DNA of 64,000 nucleotides. Source: Dehalococcoidia bacterium. GTDB lineage: Bacteria; Chloroflexota; Dehalococcoidia; Lucifugimonadales; UBA3495. The stretch lies in the NCBI GenBank assembly GCA_965242615.1, contig CBDESR010000002.1:136349-200348 (forward strand). Direction: 5' to 3'. The number at the start of each line of letters is the position of its first letter. The first letter of the stretch is position 1. This document shows positions 24,697 through 33,399 of this stretch, one piece after another. The translations under genes and the position numbers were made by a program. The notes beneath the pieces were generated by a model. It did not search any database, was not told the origin of the DNA, and saw nothing but the letters and a program-made list of their open reading frames with translations.

Positions 24697-26712
24697 CTAC
24701 CCTATGGGCAAACTTCTCCTGTGAATCGGAGTTTGGCGAATTTCTTCCTCTTCAGCGAGGGCCGCCGCCAACCCCGGCACATACTCCGCCCCGGCTGGCG
24801 CGGTCAGCGATGAGCCGGCCAAATCATCCCCCGCCGGCTCATATCGCCCGCCCAAGTGTTCCGCCAGAAATGCCTCGGCTACCGCAAAGAAGGACAAGTT
24901 GTTTTCCGGGCGGGCAAAACCGTGTCCCTCGTCCGGGTAAAGAACATAAGTAACCGGGATGTTCTTTTCCTGCATCGCCGCCACTATCTGGTCCGACTCC
25001 GACTGCTTGACCCGGGGGTCGTTAGCCCCTTGTCCAATCAGCAACGGCCGGCGGATATTGTCCACATAGGTCAGCGGCGAGCGTTCCGTCAGAAATGCCC
25101 GGCCTTCCTCAGTGCGGTAATCCCCCACCCGGCTGGTGAACAGGTCAATCTGCGGCTGCCAGTACGGGGGTATGGTGTTCATCAGCGTTATCAGGTTGGA
25201 CGGCCCGACGATGTCCACCCCGCAGGCAAAGACTTCCGGGGTGAAAGTCATCCCCACCAGCGCGGCATAGCCGCCGTAGCTGCCGCCCAGAATGCCCACC
25301 CGCTCCGGGTCGGCAATGCCCTGCGCCACCGCCCACTGCACGGCGTCCACTAGGTCAGTGTGCATCTTGCCGCCCCATTCCCGATTGCCGGCATTGCTGA
25401 ATCCCTTGCCAAACCCGGTAGAACCCCGAAAGTTGACGCTCAACACCGCGTAGCCCCGGTTCGCCAGCAGCTGAAAAACCGGGTTGTAACCCCATTCATC
25501 CCGCGCCCAAGGGCCGCCGTGTACCAGCAGAGCCAGCGGCAACGGCTTGTACGGCAAGCCGGTATTATCCGGGTCCGCCTCCCGGGGCAGGGAATAGTAG
25601 CAAACCAGGTTCAGCCCGTCCCGGGCCGGAATAGTAACCGGGTAATTTTTGACCAGCGGTTGCCCTTCCAACGCCGCCCGGTTGGTGAACAGGAATTGCG
25701 CTTCCCGCCTTTCCCGCAAGTAGCGATAGTAGCGCACCGGCCCATCATCCAGCAGATAAGCCACAATCCAGCAACTATCGTCCAGAGTGCGGCTCAGCAC
25801 CTCAATATCCCCCTCCGCCACCGTATCCAGAAACTCCAGGTCGGCGGCAATAGCCGCATCCAATACCTGCCATTCCTTGCGCTCGTAGGTAAAGGCCGCC
25901 GCCTGCACCGTCCTTTCCGTGGGATGGGTCAGGGTATCGCTGACATCGGCCCGGGCGTCCGATGCCAGAATAGTCGCAGCGCCGCTAGCCAGATGAACCG
26001 ATTGCAGCGCCGCCGTATCCCGCCCCCGGCTGTCGGTCAAAAACAGCGTTTCTCCGGAACGGTCAAAGCCCACCGGCCCGGTAGTCAAACTATCCTCTTG
26101 CCCCACGGTGATGAACGGTTGCCAGCTGCCATTATCATCCCTTTCCAGATACTCCGCGCCCCCGTCGGCAGTCATCCGCACCGCAAAGCGCACCTTAAAG
26201 TCGGCATCGGTAACGAACCCGGCAAAACCGTCATTCTGCAATACCAGAGAGCGCTCCCCGGTTGCCAAGTCAATGCGGTAAATATCGTGAAATTGGGCGT
26301 CCCGGTCGTTCAAGGCCGCCAGAATATGCCCCGGTTGTTTGGGGCTGACTTCCTGAATCTGGGCGTGGATACCCTCCAACGGCGTCAAGTCCAGGATAGC
26401 GTCCGATTCCAGATGAACGGCGTAAAGATGCCAATTTTCATCCCCACCCGCATCCTGCAAATAGATGATCTGCGCCCCGCTATAAGCCCAGCCGTAAAAG
26501 CGGATGCCGCGCCCGGTATCCCGGGTAACCGGCAGGGCCGCCGCCGGGTTATCCGCCGGGGCGACCCAAACATTCAGTACGCCCTCCCAAGGGGCTAGCC
26601 AGCTAATCTGCGCCCCGTCCGGGCTGATTTGGGCCGACGCCCGATCCGGGTTGCCGAAAAGCAGTTTGCGGGGAATCAGCGGGGAAACTTCCCCGGCGGT
26701 GGGCAAAGTCAT
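24697..26712 (-). CDS. S9 family serine peptidase (prolyl oligopeptidase / acylaminoacyl-peptidase type)
   Basis: ORF 24697..26853. I prefer ATG 26712 (MTLPTAGEVSPLIPRKLLFGNPDRA...). An N-terminal beta-propeller region is followed by a C-terminal alpha/beta hydrolase with the nucleophile elbow GGSYGG and ...DPRV...DEGHGF. Confidence 0.88.
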   Translation of the reverse strand: MTLPTAGEVSPLIPRKLLFGNPDRASAQISPDGAQISWLAPWEGVLNVWVAPADNPAAALPVTRDTGRGIRFYGWAYSGAQIIYLQDAGGDENWHLYAVHLESDAILDLTPLEGIHAQIQEVSPKQPGHILAALNDRDAQFHDIYRIDLATGERSLVLQNDGFAGFVTDADFKVRFAVRMTADGGAEYLERDDNGSWQPFITVGQEDSLTTGPVGFDRSGETLFLTDSRGRDTAALQSVHLASGAATILASDARADVSDTLTHPTERTVQAAAFTYERKEWQVLDAAIAADLEFLDTVAEGDIEVLSRTLDDSCWIVAYLLDDGPVRYYRYLRERREAQFLFTNRAALEGQPLVKNYPVTIPARDGLNLVCYYSLPREADPDNTGLPYKPLPLALLVHGGPWARDEWGYNPVFQLLANRGYAVLSVNFRGSTGFGKGFSNAGNREWGGKMHTDLVDAVQWAVAQGIADPERVGILGGSYGGYAALVGMTFTPEVFACGVDIVGPSNLITLMNTIPPYWQPQIDLFTSRVGDYRTEEGRAFLTERSPLTYVDNIRRPLLIGQGANDPRVKQSESDQIVAAMQEKNIPVTYVLYPDEGHGFARPENNLSFFAVAEAFLAEHLGGRYEPAGDDLAGSSLTAPAGAEYVPGLAAALAEEEEIRQTPIHRRSLPIG

Positions 26713-26836
26713 AATTGGGCTGCTCCTCAAGTTGATGGGGTTAAGCGGGAATAAATCTTGACCGCTATTCTTGGCGCAATGAGAATGACGGGAAAACCGG
26801 TAATAATCCGGCGCTATTGGTATCCCGTCCCGACCG

Positions 26837-27511
26837 TCAGCTGTCCACCCCACCGATCGGGATGGCCGACAAATCGGCGCCGGTTTCGGTCAGCAGGTTG
26901 CGGATGTGCAATTCCGTCTCCAGATACGCCCCTTCGCCAATATGGTGAAAGCGGATGACGCCTTGAGCATCGATAAGAAACTTGTGCGGCCAGTAGCGGT
27001 TGTTGTAAGCCCGCCAAGTCCGAAAATCGTTGTCCATTGCCACCGGCCAAGTTACCTTAAGCCGCGGCAGGGCTTCCCGCACATTTTCCTCTTTTTTCTC
27101 AAAGTCAAACTCCGGGGAATGGACGCCGACCACTACCAACCCTTGGCCGGCGTACTTGTCATACCAGTCCCTTACATACGGCAGGGTACGCTGGCAGTTG
27201 ATTCAAGAGTAAGTCCAGAGATCCACCAGCACCACCTTGCCCCGCTGCTCCACCATCAAAAGAGGCTCGCTGTTGAGCCAAGCAGTGACGCCGCGGAATT
27301 CCGGGGCCGCTTCCGTACCCGGCGGGGTAACTATGGCCGGAACCGGCGTCGGTTTAGGCGTGGATTGGGGCGGCGGAGTTACTTCCGCTGACACCGGCGC
27401 ACCGGTCGGAGCCGCCGCCGGTTGAAACGCCCACAAGATACCCACCAAGGCAGCGATAAAGGCGATGGCGGCGGCCAAGGGCAAACCGGCTTTGATTTTG
27501 GAAATGCCCAT
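26837..27511 (-). CDS. Membrane-anchored thioredoxin-fold redoxin (TlpA/DipZ-C-terminal type) with in-frame TGA at the first CxxC position: candidate selenoprotein (U-I-N-C)
   Basis: Two same-frame ORFs in the track (27203..27511 and 26837..27139) are separated by a single TGA at 27205-27203. Read-through gives ...KVVLVDLWTYS[TGA]INCQRTLPYVRDWYDKYAGQGLVVVGVHSPEFDFE...YWPHKFLIDAQG.... Family members carry WxxxCxxC at this point. A SECIS-like hairpin lies downstream. Confidence 0.7.
27164..27194 (-). promoter_or_regulatory. Candidate bacterial SECIS element
   Basis: In the mRNA, CCAG at +9..+12 after the UGA pairs with CUGG at +36..+39, and CCCU at +17..+20 pairs with AGGG at +31..+34. G21-U29 and C22-G28 can extend the stem, leaving an apical CGUAU loop with GU about 24 nt after the UGA. 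The structure was folded by hand only. Confidence 0.45.
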
Positions 27512-27644
27512 TTTTGACTGCCCACGCCGCCTTTGCTGTTGCTGGGTTGGGGCTGTTACTACCCGGCTTTTACGCCGGGGAACAAGGGTTTGGATGCGGT
27601 GCCGGGACGGTTCAGTAACCCCTATCGGCTAACTGAACCGTTGG

Positions 27645-28844
27645 CTAGTCCGCCAGAACCGGCTCCACTACCCGGGCTTCCCGGCCGGTAAAAGCCGGCA
27701 TTACCTCTTTAGCCAGCCACTCCAGTTGCTCCACGATAACCCGCTGCGGCGTCCCTACCGGGTGGCTCATTCCAACCCGGTCGAGACCGGGGTAAGTTGC
27801 CTCGAGTTCTTGCAGCTGCTCAATAATAAGTTCCGGCGGCCCGCAGAGGAAACCTTGCCGCTCTACCGCCCGCTCAATAGTTGGCAAGCCGGCCGTCGGC
27901 GCGCGCTTCGGGTCGCCCATTGCATCAATCTGCTCATCGCTCAAAGACCGCACCAAGCGCAACGGACCGAACATTTTAAGGTTTTCCTCATAATACTTGG
28001 CCGCTTCCTTGATGGCTTGCTCTTGGGTATCCGCCAAATAGAAGTGAAAGCCAATGCTCAAATCCTCGCCCAATTGGGCATCCTCCCGACCGTGCCGCGC
28101 CAGAGCGTCCCGGTAGGCGGAGATGACATCATAGATAGCGCCGCCCTCGGAAACGCCGCCGCCAATCATCCCTTTGATGCCGTGCTTTGCCATAAAGTCC
28201 AAAGCCCGCGGCGTGGCGCTCTGGATGGGCTGCCAAGTCTCCACCGGCAAGTTGCGCGGCCGCGGCACTAGGGTTATCTCCTCCAGTTGATAACCCCGAT
28301 AAGGCACCTGCGGCGGCACGGTGTAATACCGGCCTTTATGGGCAAAGGAACGCTGGTTAAAGGACTTGAAAATCAGCTCGACCTGTTCCTCGAACAAATC
28401 CCGGTTCGCCGCTTGATCCAGCAGCGGCGCGCCAAAGGTTTCCACTTCCCGGGTATGGTATCCCCGGCCCACGCCAAAGATGACCCGCCCGTTGGTCAGG
28501 ATGTCAGCGGTAGCAAAATCCTCAGCCAGACGCAGCGGATTCCACATCGGCGCAATGTTAAAACCGCAGCCGAACTTGAGCTTGCGCGTCAAATGCGCCA
28601 AGTGGACATTCAACATCAGCAGGTTGGGGATGCACTCGTACCCCTCGGGTTGGAAGTGGTGTTCCGCCATCCACAGCGTATCGTAGCCGCCGGCGTCCAT
28701 CGTTTCCGCAATGGCCTGCGCCTTGTCAAAGGCCGTGGTCAAATACTCGTCGGAAAAGGAACGCTCGTTCACCGCCGTACCGCCGTAGCCCACATTGTCC
28801 ATATCGACATGGCCGGCGTACAGGCTGTCAAACTTGGTAATCAT
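27645..28844 (-). CDS. LLM-class flavin-dependent oxidoreductase (luciferase-like monooxygenase family)
   Basis: 399 aa. YDTLWMAEHHFQPEGYECIPNLLMLNVHLA...RVIFGVGRGYHTREVETFG is the typical LLM TIM-barrel pattern. Confidence 0.8.
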   Translation of the reverse strand: MITKFDSLYAGHVDMDNVGYGGTAVNERSFSDEYLTTAFDKAQAIAETMDAGGYDTLWMAEHHFQPEGYECIPNLLMLNVHLAHLTRKLKFGCGFNIAPMWNPLRLAEDFATADILTNGRVIFGVGRGYHTREVETFGAPLLDQAANRDLFEEQVELIFKSFNQRSFAHKGRYYTVPPQVPYRGYQLEEITLVPRPRNLPVETWQPIQSATPRALDFMAKHGIKGMIGGGVSEGGAIYDVISAYRDALARHGREDAQLGEDLSIGFHFYLADTQEQAIKEAAKYYEENLKMFGPLRLVRSLSDEQIDAMGDPKRAPTAGLPTIERAVERQGFLCGPPELIIEQLQELEATYPGLDRVGMSHPVGTPQRVIVEQLEWLAKEVMPAFTGREARVVEPVLAD

Positions 28845-28899
28845 TGCCCTGCCCCCTTGCTTTATGTTAAGGGGATTATACCGGATTCTGGTAAGATTC

Positions 28900-30183
28900 C
28901 TAGAGGCGGCGCAGGCGAGGAAGGATTACCCCCATCAGCAGGGCCAGGGTAATAAGGGCAGCGCCGTTGACCAAGAGGGCGATACGGGCGTTGGTGACTC
29001 CCGCCAGGTAGCCGCCTTCGAGTTGACCCAAGGGGGCGGCGCCGATGCCGATTATCCACGAACCCATCGCCCGGCCGCGTTCCTGATTGGATACGCTGAA
29101 CTGCATCAAAGCGTGATGCAGAATGTCCGTAGCCGATGCCATCAGGTTGATGAATACCACAAAAATCACGGCTACCCAGAAAGTGGGTGCTTGGGACAGC
29201 ATAATCTGACCCAAGCCGAACAGGGCAATGACGGTCAAGAGGAGCAAGCCCCGGCGCCGCACCCGCTCCAAACCCACTACGGCAAAGACGCCCAAGGCGC
29301 TGCCCAGGAACCGAAAGGCGGTCAGCAAGCCCAAGCCCACCGCCCCAACGCCCAAAACTTCCACCGCCAGAATGGGCAAGAGCGCCTGATGGGAAAAGCC
29401 CAGAATTTCCGCGCCGGCCGTAGAAATTATCAGGCTGAGCATCACCCGGTTGTTTTTGAGGGCGCGGAAGTAGTTGAGCAGGTTTTGCAGCAGCGGCTCC
29501 CGTTGCCGCGGCGCGGCGGCCCCAGCGCGCCGCAAGCCATACATCAGCGCTACACCAACCAGATAAGTCAAGCCCATAGCCAGGAAAGCGGAGGCCGGCC
29601 CCTGCCAGGCAATAAGTCCGCCGGTGAGCAGGGAGCCGATAATGCCGCCGACCCATTGGGCCAGGGATACCAAAGCGATGCCGTTGACCGCGCGGCGGGG
29701 GCCGACAATGTCATAAACATAGACCTGCCGCGCCGTCATATAAAAGGCTTGGGCTACCCCCATCAGGAAAGTGGAAAGAAGTAGCAGCCAGACCAGCAGG
29801 CTCAAGCCGCCCATTTCCGCCGTCAACCGCCCGTCAAACAAAGCCCACGCCATCAGCAGGGACAACAGGAGCAGGGCGGCACAGGAGTAGCGCATTATCC
29901 GCCGCCGGTCGAAGCGGTCAGTGATGGAGCCGGCCGCCAATCCTACCACCAAATTGGGCAAAGAACGGACAGCGTAGATGACGCCGACCATCGCGGCGGA
30001 GCCGGTAATGTCGAGAATCAGCCAGCCCAACAAGACCTGCTGCATTCCCCAACCCAGCTGGTTGGCGACGGTGGAAAGCCACAAGGTACGAAAGTCCGGG
30101 TAGCGCAGGGCGGCTAACCGCCGGGTCAAAACAGAGGGACGGCGGCGCGGCCGGGACAAGGCATCAGAGGGCGGGCGGGACAT
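28900..30183 (-). CDS. MFS transporter
   Basis: 427 aa with about 12 predicted hydrophobic helices. The MFS-like loop GSITDRFDRRRIM follows TM2. Confidence 0.8.
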   Translation of the reverse strand: MSRPPSDALSRPRRRPSVLTRRLAALRYPDFRTLWLSTVANQLGWGMQQVLLGWLILDITGSAAMVGVIYAVRSLPNLVVGLAAGSITDRFDRRRIMRYSCAALLLLSLLMAWALFDGRLTAEMGGLSLLVWLLLLSTFLMGVAQAFYMTARQVYVYDIVGPRRAVNGIALVSLAQWVGGIIGSLLTGGLIAWQGPASAFLAMGLTYLVGVALMYGLRRAGAAAPRQREPLLQNLLNYFRALKNNRVMLSLIISTAGAEILGFSHQALLPILAVEVLGVGAVGLGLLTAFRFLGSALGVFAVVGLERVRRRGLLLLTVIALFGLGQIMLSQAPTFWVAVIFVVFINLMASATDILHHALMQFSVSNQERGRAMGSWIIGIGAAPLGQLEGGYLAGVTNARIALLVNGAALITLALLMGVILPRLRRL

Positions 30184-30268
30184 AGGGCAAGGATAGGGGG
30201 ATAACCGGGGATTTTCAAGTTGGCGCGGCCACTTGAATTACGGCGGCTTTTCTGGCAATATATGGGGT

Positions 30269-31171
30269 ATGCGTATTGGAGCTTTTGAACTGGTTGAGCC
30301 GCTGCCGGAGCTGCGCGACCCTCACGCCTTTGCCATGATTCGCCCGTGGGTGGATGTGGGCAGCGTGGGGACGCTGACTTTGAGCCGGCTGGAGCGGCAT
30401 CTCCATTCCCGGGAGTTGGGCAAGCTGGCCCGGCCGGGGAACTACTTTGACTTTACCCGCTACCGGCCCAACATCCGCTTGGCGCAAGGGGAGCGGCAAG
30501 TTACCGTCCCCAACAGCTACCTGCGCTACGCCCGCACTCAGGAAGGGCCGGACTATATCTTTCTGCACCTGCTGGAACCCCACGCCGGCAGCGAGGAATA
30601 CACCGACTCCATCCTGGAAGTGATTCAGCATTTCGGGGTGCAACGGTACTGCCGGGTAGGGGCAATGTATGACGCGGTGCCGCATACCCGGCCGCTGCTG
30701 GTTACCGGTTCTTTGGGAAATGTACCGCAATTGAATGCGGTGCCGAACCTGAAGCTGCGGCAGAGCAACTATCAGGGTCCGACCACGATTATGAATCTGG
30801 TTGCCACCGGCATTGACCGGCTGGGGATCGAGACCATCAACTTTATGGTGCATCTGCCCCAATACCTGCAACTGGAGGAGGATTACACCGGCACTTCGCG
30901 GATGATTGAGTGCTTGGCCTCGGTCTATGCGAATATCCCCCCGGAACTGGCGCCGGTGCGGCGGGGACAACGGCAGTATCGGGAATTAAGCACGGCCGTG
31001 GACCGCAATTCCGAGCTGAAGTCACTGATTCAGCAGATGGAAGCCTATTATGACGCGCAACAGGATGAGGAGGATGCGGCGGCCGGTGGTGCCTCGGAAG
31101 TGAACTTGTCGCCGGAAATTGAGCGTTTCCTCAGCGAATTGGGGGAACAGATGGACAACGGGGAAAGGTGA
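30269..31171 (+). CDS. PAC2 (proteasome assembly chaperone 2-like) family protein
   Basis: ORF 30233..31171. I prefer ATG 30269 (MRIGAFELVEPLPELRDPHAFAMIRPWVDVGSVG...). The pattern matches my recollection of bacterial PAC2-family proteins. Acidic C-terminal tail. Confidence 0.55.
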   Translation: MRIGAFELVEPLPELRDPHAFAMIRPWVDVGSVGTLTLSRLERHLHSRELGKLARPGNYFDFTRYRPNIRLAQGERQVTVPNSYLRYARTQEGPDYIFLHLLEPHAGSEEYTDSILEVIQHFGVQRYCRVGAMYDAVPHTRPLLVTGSLGNVPQLNAVPNLKLRQSNYQGPTTIMNLVATGIDRLGIETINFMVHLPQYLQLEEDYTGTSRMIECLASVYANIPPELAPVRRGQRQYRELSTAVDRNSELKSLIQQMEAYYDAQQDEEDAAAGGASEVNLSPEIERFLSELGEQMDNGER

Positions 31172-31196
31172 TCGTTGCCCCGGCTTTTCCTTGGAA

Positions 31197-31535
31197 TTAG
31201 CCCCCGGATATGGCACAGCCGGGGGTTTTGCTTTGGGGGAAACGGCGGCAGCGGCCGGGGCGGTTCGCATAAATCCGGCAGGCAAAGGTATCCCGGTCCA
31301 GCATCGGGCAACGTTCCCCGGGATGGTCAGCAAAACGGAGCCAACCGCTTCCGTCGGGTCGGCGGGTAATGCTTACAGCAATGTCGGCCGCAGTGGCCCG
31401 CTGCCGAAAATCCGCCACTTCCGCCGCCGTCAACTCCAGTAGCAGCGGGCCGCGGCAGCAACCGGCTTGGCACCGGGTCATACAGATATGGCTGGCTTGT
31501 TCTGCCGTTAAGCCGGGAATGCGAAAAAAGGACAT
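31197..31535 (-). CDS. YkgJ-family cysteine-cluster protein
   Basis: 112 aa. CQAGCCRGP and ERCPMLD...FACRIYANRPGRCRRFP are the typical CxxxCC / C...C...C arrangement of UPF0153/YkgJ. Confidence 0.7.
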   Translation of the reverse strand: MSFFRIPGLTAEQASHICMTRCQAGCCRGPLLLELTAAEVADFRQRATAADIAVSITRRPDGSGWLRFADHPGERCPMLDRDTFACRIYANRPGRCRRFPQSKTPGCAISGG

Positions 31536-31591
31536 TACGGCCCCTGCCGGAAAAAATGGGGGAGAATAGCAGCAGAGGAAAGGGTTAGGGA

Positions 31592-31666
31592 TGGTGGCGA
31601 CGGATGGATTCGAACCAACGACCTAGCGCTTATGAAGCGCCCGCTCTGCCGCTGAGCTACGTCGCC
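31592..31666 (-). tRNA. tRNA with anticodon CAT (elongator tRNA-Met; tRNA-Ile2 via lysidine not excluded), CCA encoded
   Basis: Hand-folded cloverleaf: acceptor GGCGACG/CGTCGCC, D-arm GCTC-AGCGGCA-GAGC, anticodon arm GGCGC-TTCATAA-GCGCT, variable loop AGGTC, T-arm GTTGG-TTCGAAT-CCATC (one U-U mismatch), discriminator A, then CCA. The 1:72 pair is G:C, so it is not an initiator. Confidence 0.85.
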
Positions 31667-31713
31667 ACCGGGGGAGATGCCGGCCAGCCGCCTTGCCCTC
31701 TCCCGGGGTATCT

Positions 31714-31743
31714 ATAATAAACCTGCCGGCGTATAGCTGTCAA
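31714..31743 (-). promoter_or_regulatory. Candidate promoter of the tRNA gene
   Basis: The minus strand reads TTGACA (31743-31738), an 18-nt spacer, then TATTAT (31719-31714), about 45 nt upstream of the tRNA 5' end. Confidence 0.45.
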
Positions 31744-31824
31744 TGCGCCGGGGTCGGGGAAATTGACCGGGCGGCGTTCCGGGCCGCCTTTGCCTTGCCC
31801 TCACCCGGCCACTATGATGTTGCT

Positions 31825-32211
31825 ATGACCGAGCAAAACAGAACCGCCGACCAACTGGCTACCGCGGCCCAATCTGCCCTGAACGAAACGGCGGCTGCCC
31901 TGAGCCAAACCCTAGCCGAATTAGCCGCCCAACTGCGCCCATTCCCCGCATTCATGGGAATGGCGTCGGTGCAGGCGGTAGAGATAGAGCCGACTTTGAC
32001 GCCGACCCGGGATTTGGGCTGCCTGGTGGTAACGCCGGAGGGTCGCATCTGCCAACTGGATTTGCGGGCAATAGCCGGCGTCGCGGGTTTTACCGAAACG
32101 GAACAGGTAGAGGAGTTTGTGGAGCCGGAGTTGAGCGCCGCCGAGTATATTGTTTATGCAGCGACAGCGATTGAACTGCTGGCGGCGGAATTACGGCGGC
32201 GGGGGCAATAG
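31825..32211 (+). CDS. Hypothetical protein (128 aa)
   Basis: ORF 31693..32211. I prefer ATG 31825 (MTEQNRTADQLATAAQ...) because the extension overlaps the tRNA promoter region. No domain recognised. Confidence 0.45.
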   Translation: MTEQNRTADQLATAAQSALNETAAALSQTLAELAAQLRPFPAFMGMASVQAVEIEPTLTPTRDLGCLVVTPEGRICQLDLRAIAGVAGFTETEQVEEFVEPELSAAEYIVYAATAIELLAAELRRRGQ

Positions 32212-32239
32212 CAAACCAATTAACCCGGTCATTCCCCGG

Positions 32240-32764
32240 TCATTCCAAAGTGATGTCGCCGCTTTGCCCGCCCCGCTTGCGGACGAGGCGCACTTCACTA
32301 ATCCGCATTCCCCGGTCAACGGCTTTGCACATATCGTACACCGACAGGGCGGCGACGGTTACGGCGGTCAGGGCTTCCATTTCGACGCCGGTTTTGCCCG
32401 AAGTGCTGGCCGTAGCCGTTATGTTCACCCGGCTTTGGGCGGCGTCGAGTTCCAGCTCCACATCCACTTTATTCAAGGGCAAAGGATGACACAGGGGTAT
32501 CAGTTCGGCGGTGCGCTTGGCCCCCATAATGCCGGCCAGTTGGGCAATAGTCAGCACATCGCCCTTTTTGACCAAGCCGGCTTGAATCCGGTTAAGGGTA
32601 TCCCGCTGCATCAGCACCGAACCCCTAGCTACCGCTTCCCGGTCAGTAACCGGCTTCCCGCCCACATCCACCATTCGGACGCGGCCCTGTTCGTCGAGGT
32701 GAGTCAAGGATTGTCCGGCCGGCGGGCCGGCGGCGGCGTCAACGGGGGCATCAAAGTTAGTCAT
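32240..32764 (-). CDS. moaC: Cyclic pyranopterin monophosphate synthase MoaC
   Basis: [25 protein letters not shown]...[21 protein letters not shown]...[26 protein letters not shown] are MoaC signature stretches. ATG 32764 is preferred over TTG 32782. Confidence 0.92.
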   Translation of the reverse strand: MTNFDAPVDAAAGPPAGQSLTHLDEQGRVRMVDVGGKPVTDREAVARGSVLMQRDTLNRIQAGLVKKGDVLTIAQLAGIMGAKRTAELIPLCHPLPLNKVDVELELDAAQSRVNITATASTSGKTGVEMEALTAVTVAALSVYDMCKAVDRGMRISEVRLVRKRGGQSGDITLE

Positions 32765-32825
32765 AGCAACGGACTCCGGCAATCAAGCGGACTTTCCCGG
32801 GTTTAGCGGGCGGCGCAACCCGCGG

Positions 32826-33353
32826 CTAGATAATACAACGCTCACAAATCCGGTAACCGGCTTCCTCCGCTGCCGCCCGGTCGGCAAACTCGAGAAAGTC
32901 AGTCCCGGAAGCCATAATGCGGGGAGCGTAACGGCAGGAGCGAAGGTGATAGGTCTTGGCGCCCCGGGTCTTGTTGCTGGCGATATAGCCGACGGTGGCA
33001 GCGCCATCCTCCGCGCACCGCCGGCAGGGTTTGTAGCCGGCCGCTGCCGCCGCTTCCCGGGTGGGGTAGGAACGGAAACCCCCGGCTATCCTCAGGAACC
33101 GCCGGGTGTGGTAGCAGCCTCGGTAGTGATAGGACTTGAATCGGTTGCCCCGGCGCGCGGCAACATAATCCCCGATGCCGCTTTCCGCAACGGCCGCGGT
33201 GGGTTCTACCGGAGCCATTGCCGCTGCCGGTTCTACCGGAGTCCCTGGCGGTGCCGCTGACAGTTGCCCGCCCTGCTCCAGCAGCCGGATCCGCCGGCGC
33301 AGTTCGTCCACTTCCTCCTGCAATGCCTGCAATGCCCGGTCGCGATTCAGCAT
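32826..33353 (-). CDS. Coiled-coil protein with two tandem Ada-like Cys-rich (putative Zn) domains
   Basis: 175 aa. The N-terminus LQALQEEVDELRRRIRLLEQ is followed by two repeats: YHYRGCYHTRRF...SYPTREAAAAAGYKPCRRC and YHLRSCRYAPRI...EFADRAAAEEAGYRICERC. They resemble the Ada N-terminal metal-binding domain pattern (...C...A...AG[YF]RPCKRC). Confidence 0.55.
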   Translation of the reverse strand: MLNRDRALQALQEEVDELRRRIRLLEQGGQLSAAPPGTPVEPAAAMAPVEPTAAVAESGIGDYVAARRGNRFKSYHYRGCYHTRRFLRIAGGFRSYPTREAAAAAGYKPCRRCAEDGAATVGYIASNKTRGAKTYHLRSCRYAPRIMASGTDFLEFADRAAAEEAGYRICERCII

Positions 33354-33399
33354 AGTTCCAAACCTCCGATGGCTACTTTACTGGAGAGTCCGGGTTAAA

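Noticed and set aside
27139-27203. Treating 26837..27139 and 27203..27511 as two separate small genes
   Set aside because: The downstream ORF would start inside a thioredoxin fold, after the active site and without a signal anchor. The upstream ORF would end one residue before the CxxC motif. The two are in the same frame with a single TGA between them, so a single recoded or broken gene is the better model.
31592-31666. The single tRNA as a possible tRNA-Sec supporting the selenoprotein call
   Set aside because: The anticodon is CAT, not TCA. The length is 75 nt with a short variable loop and a 7-bp acceptor stem. It is an ordinary tRNA-Met/Ile2-type molecule, so the Sec machinery must be sought outside this window.
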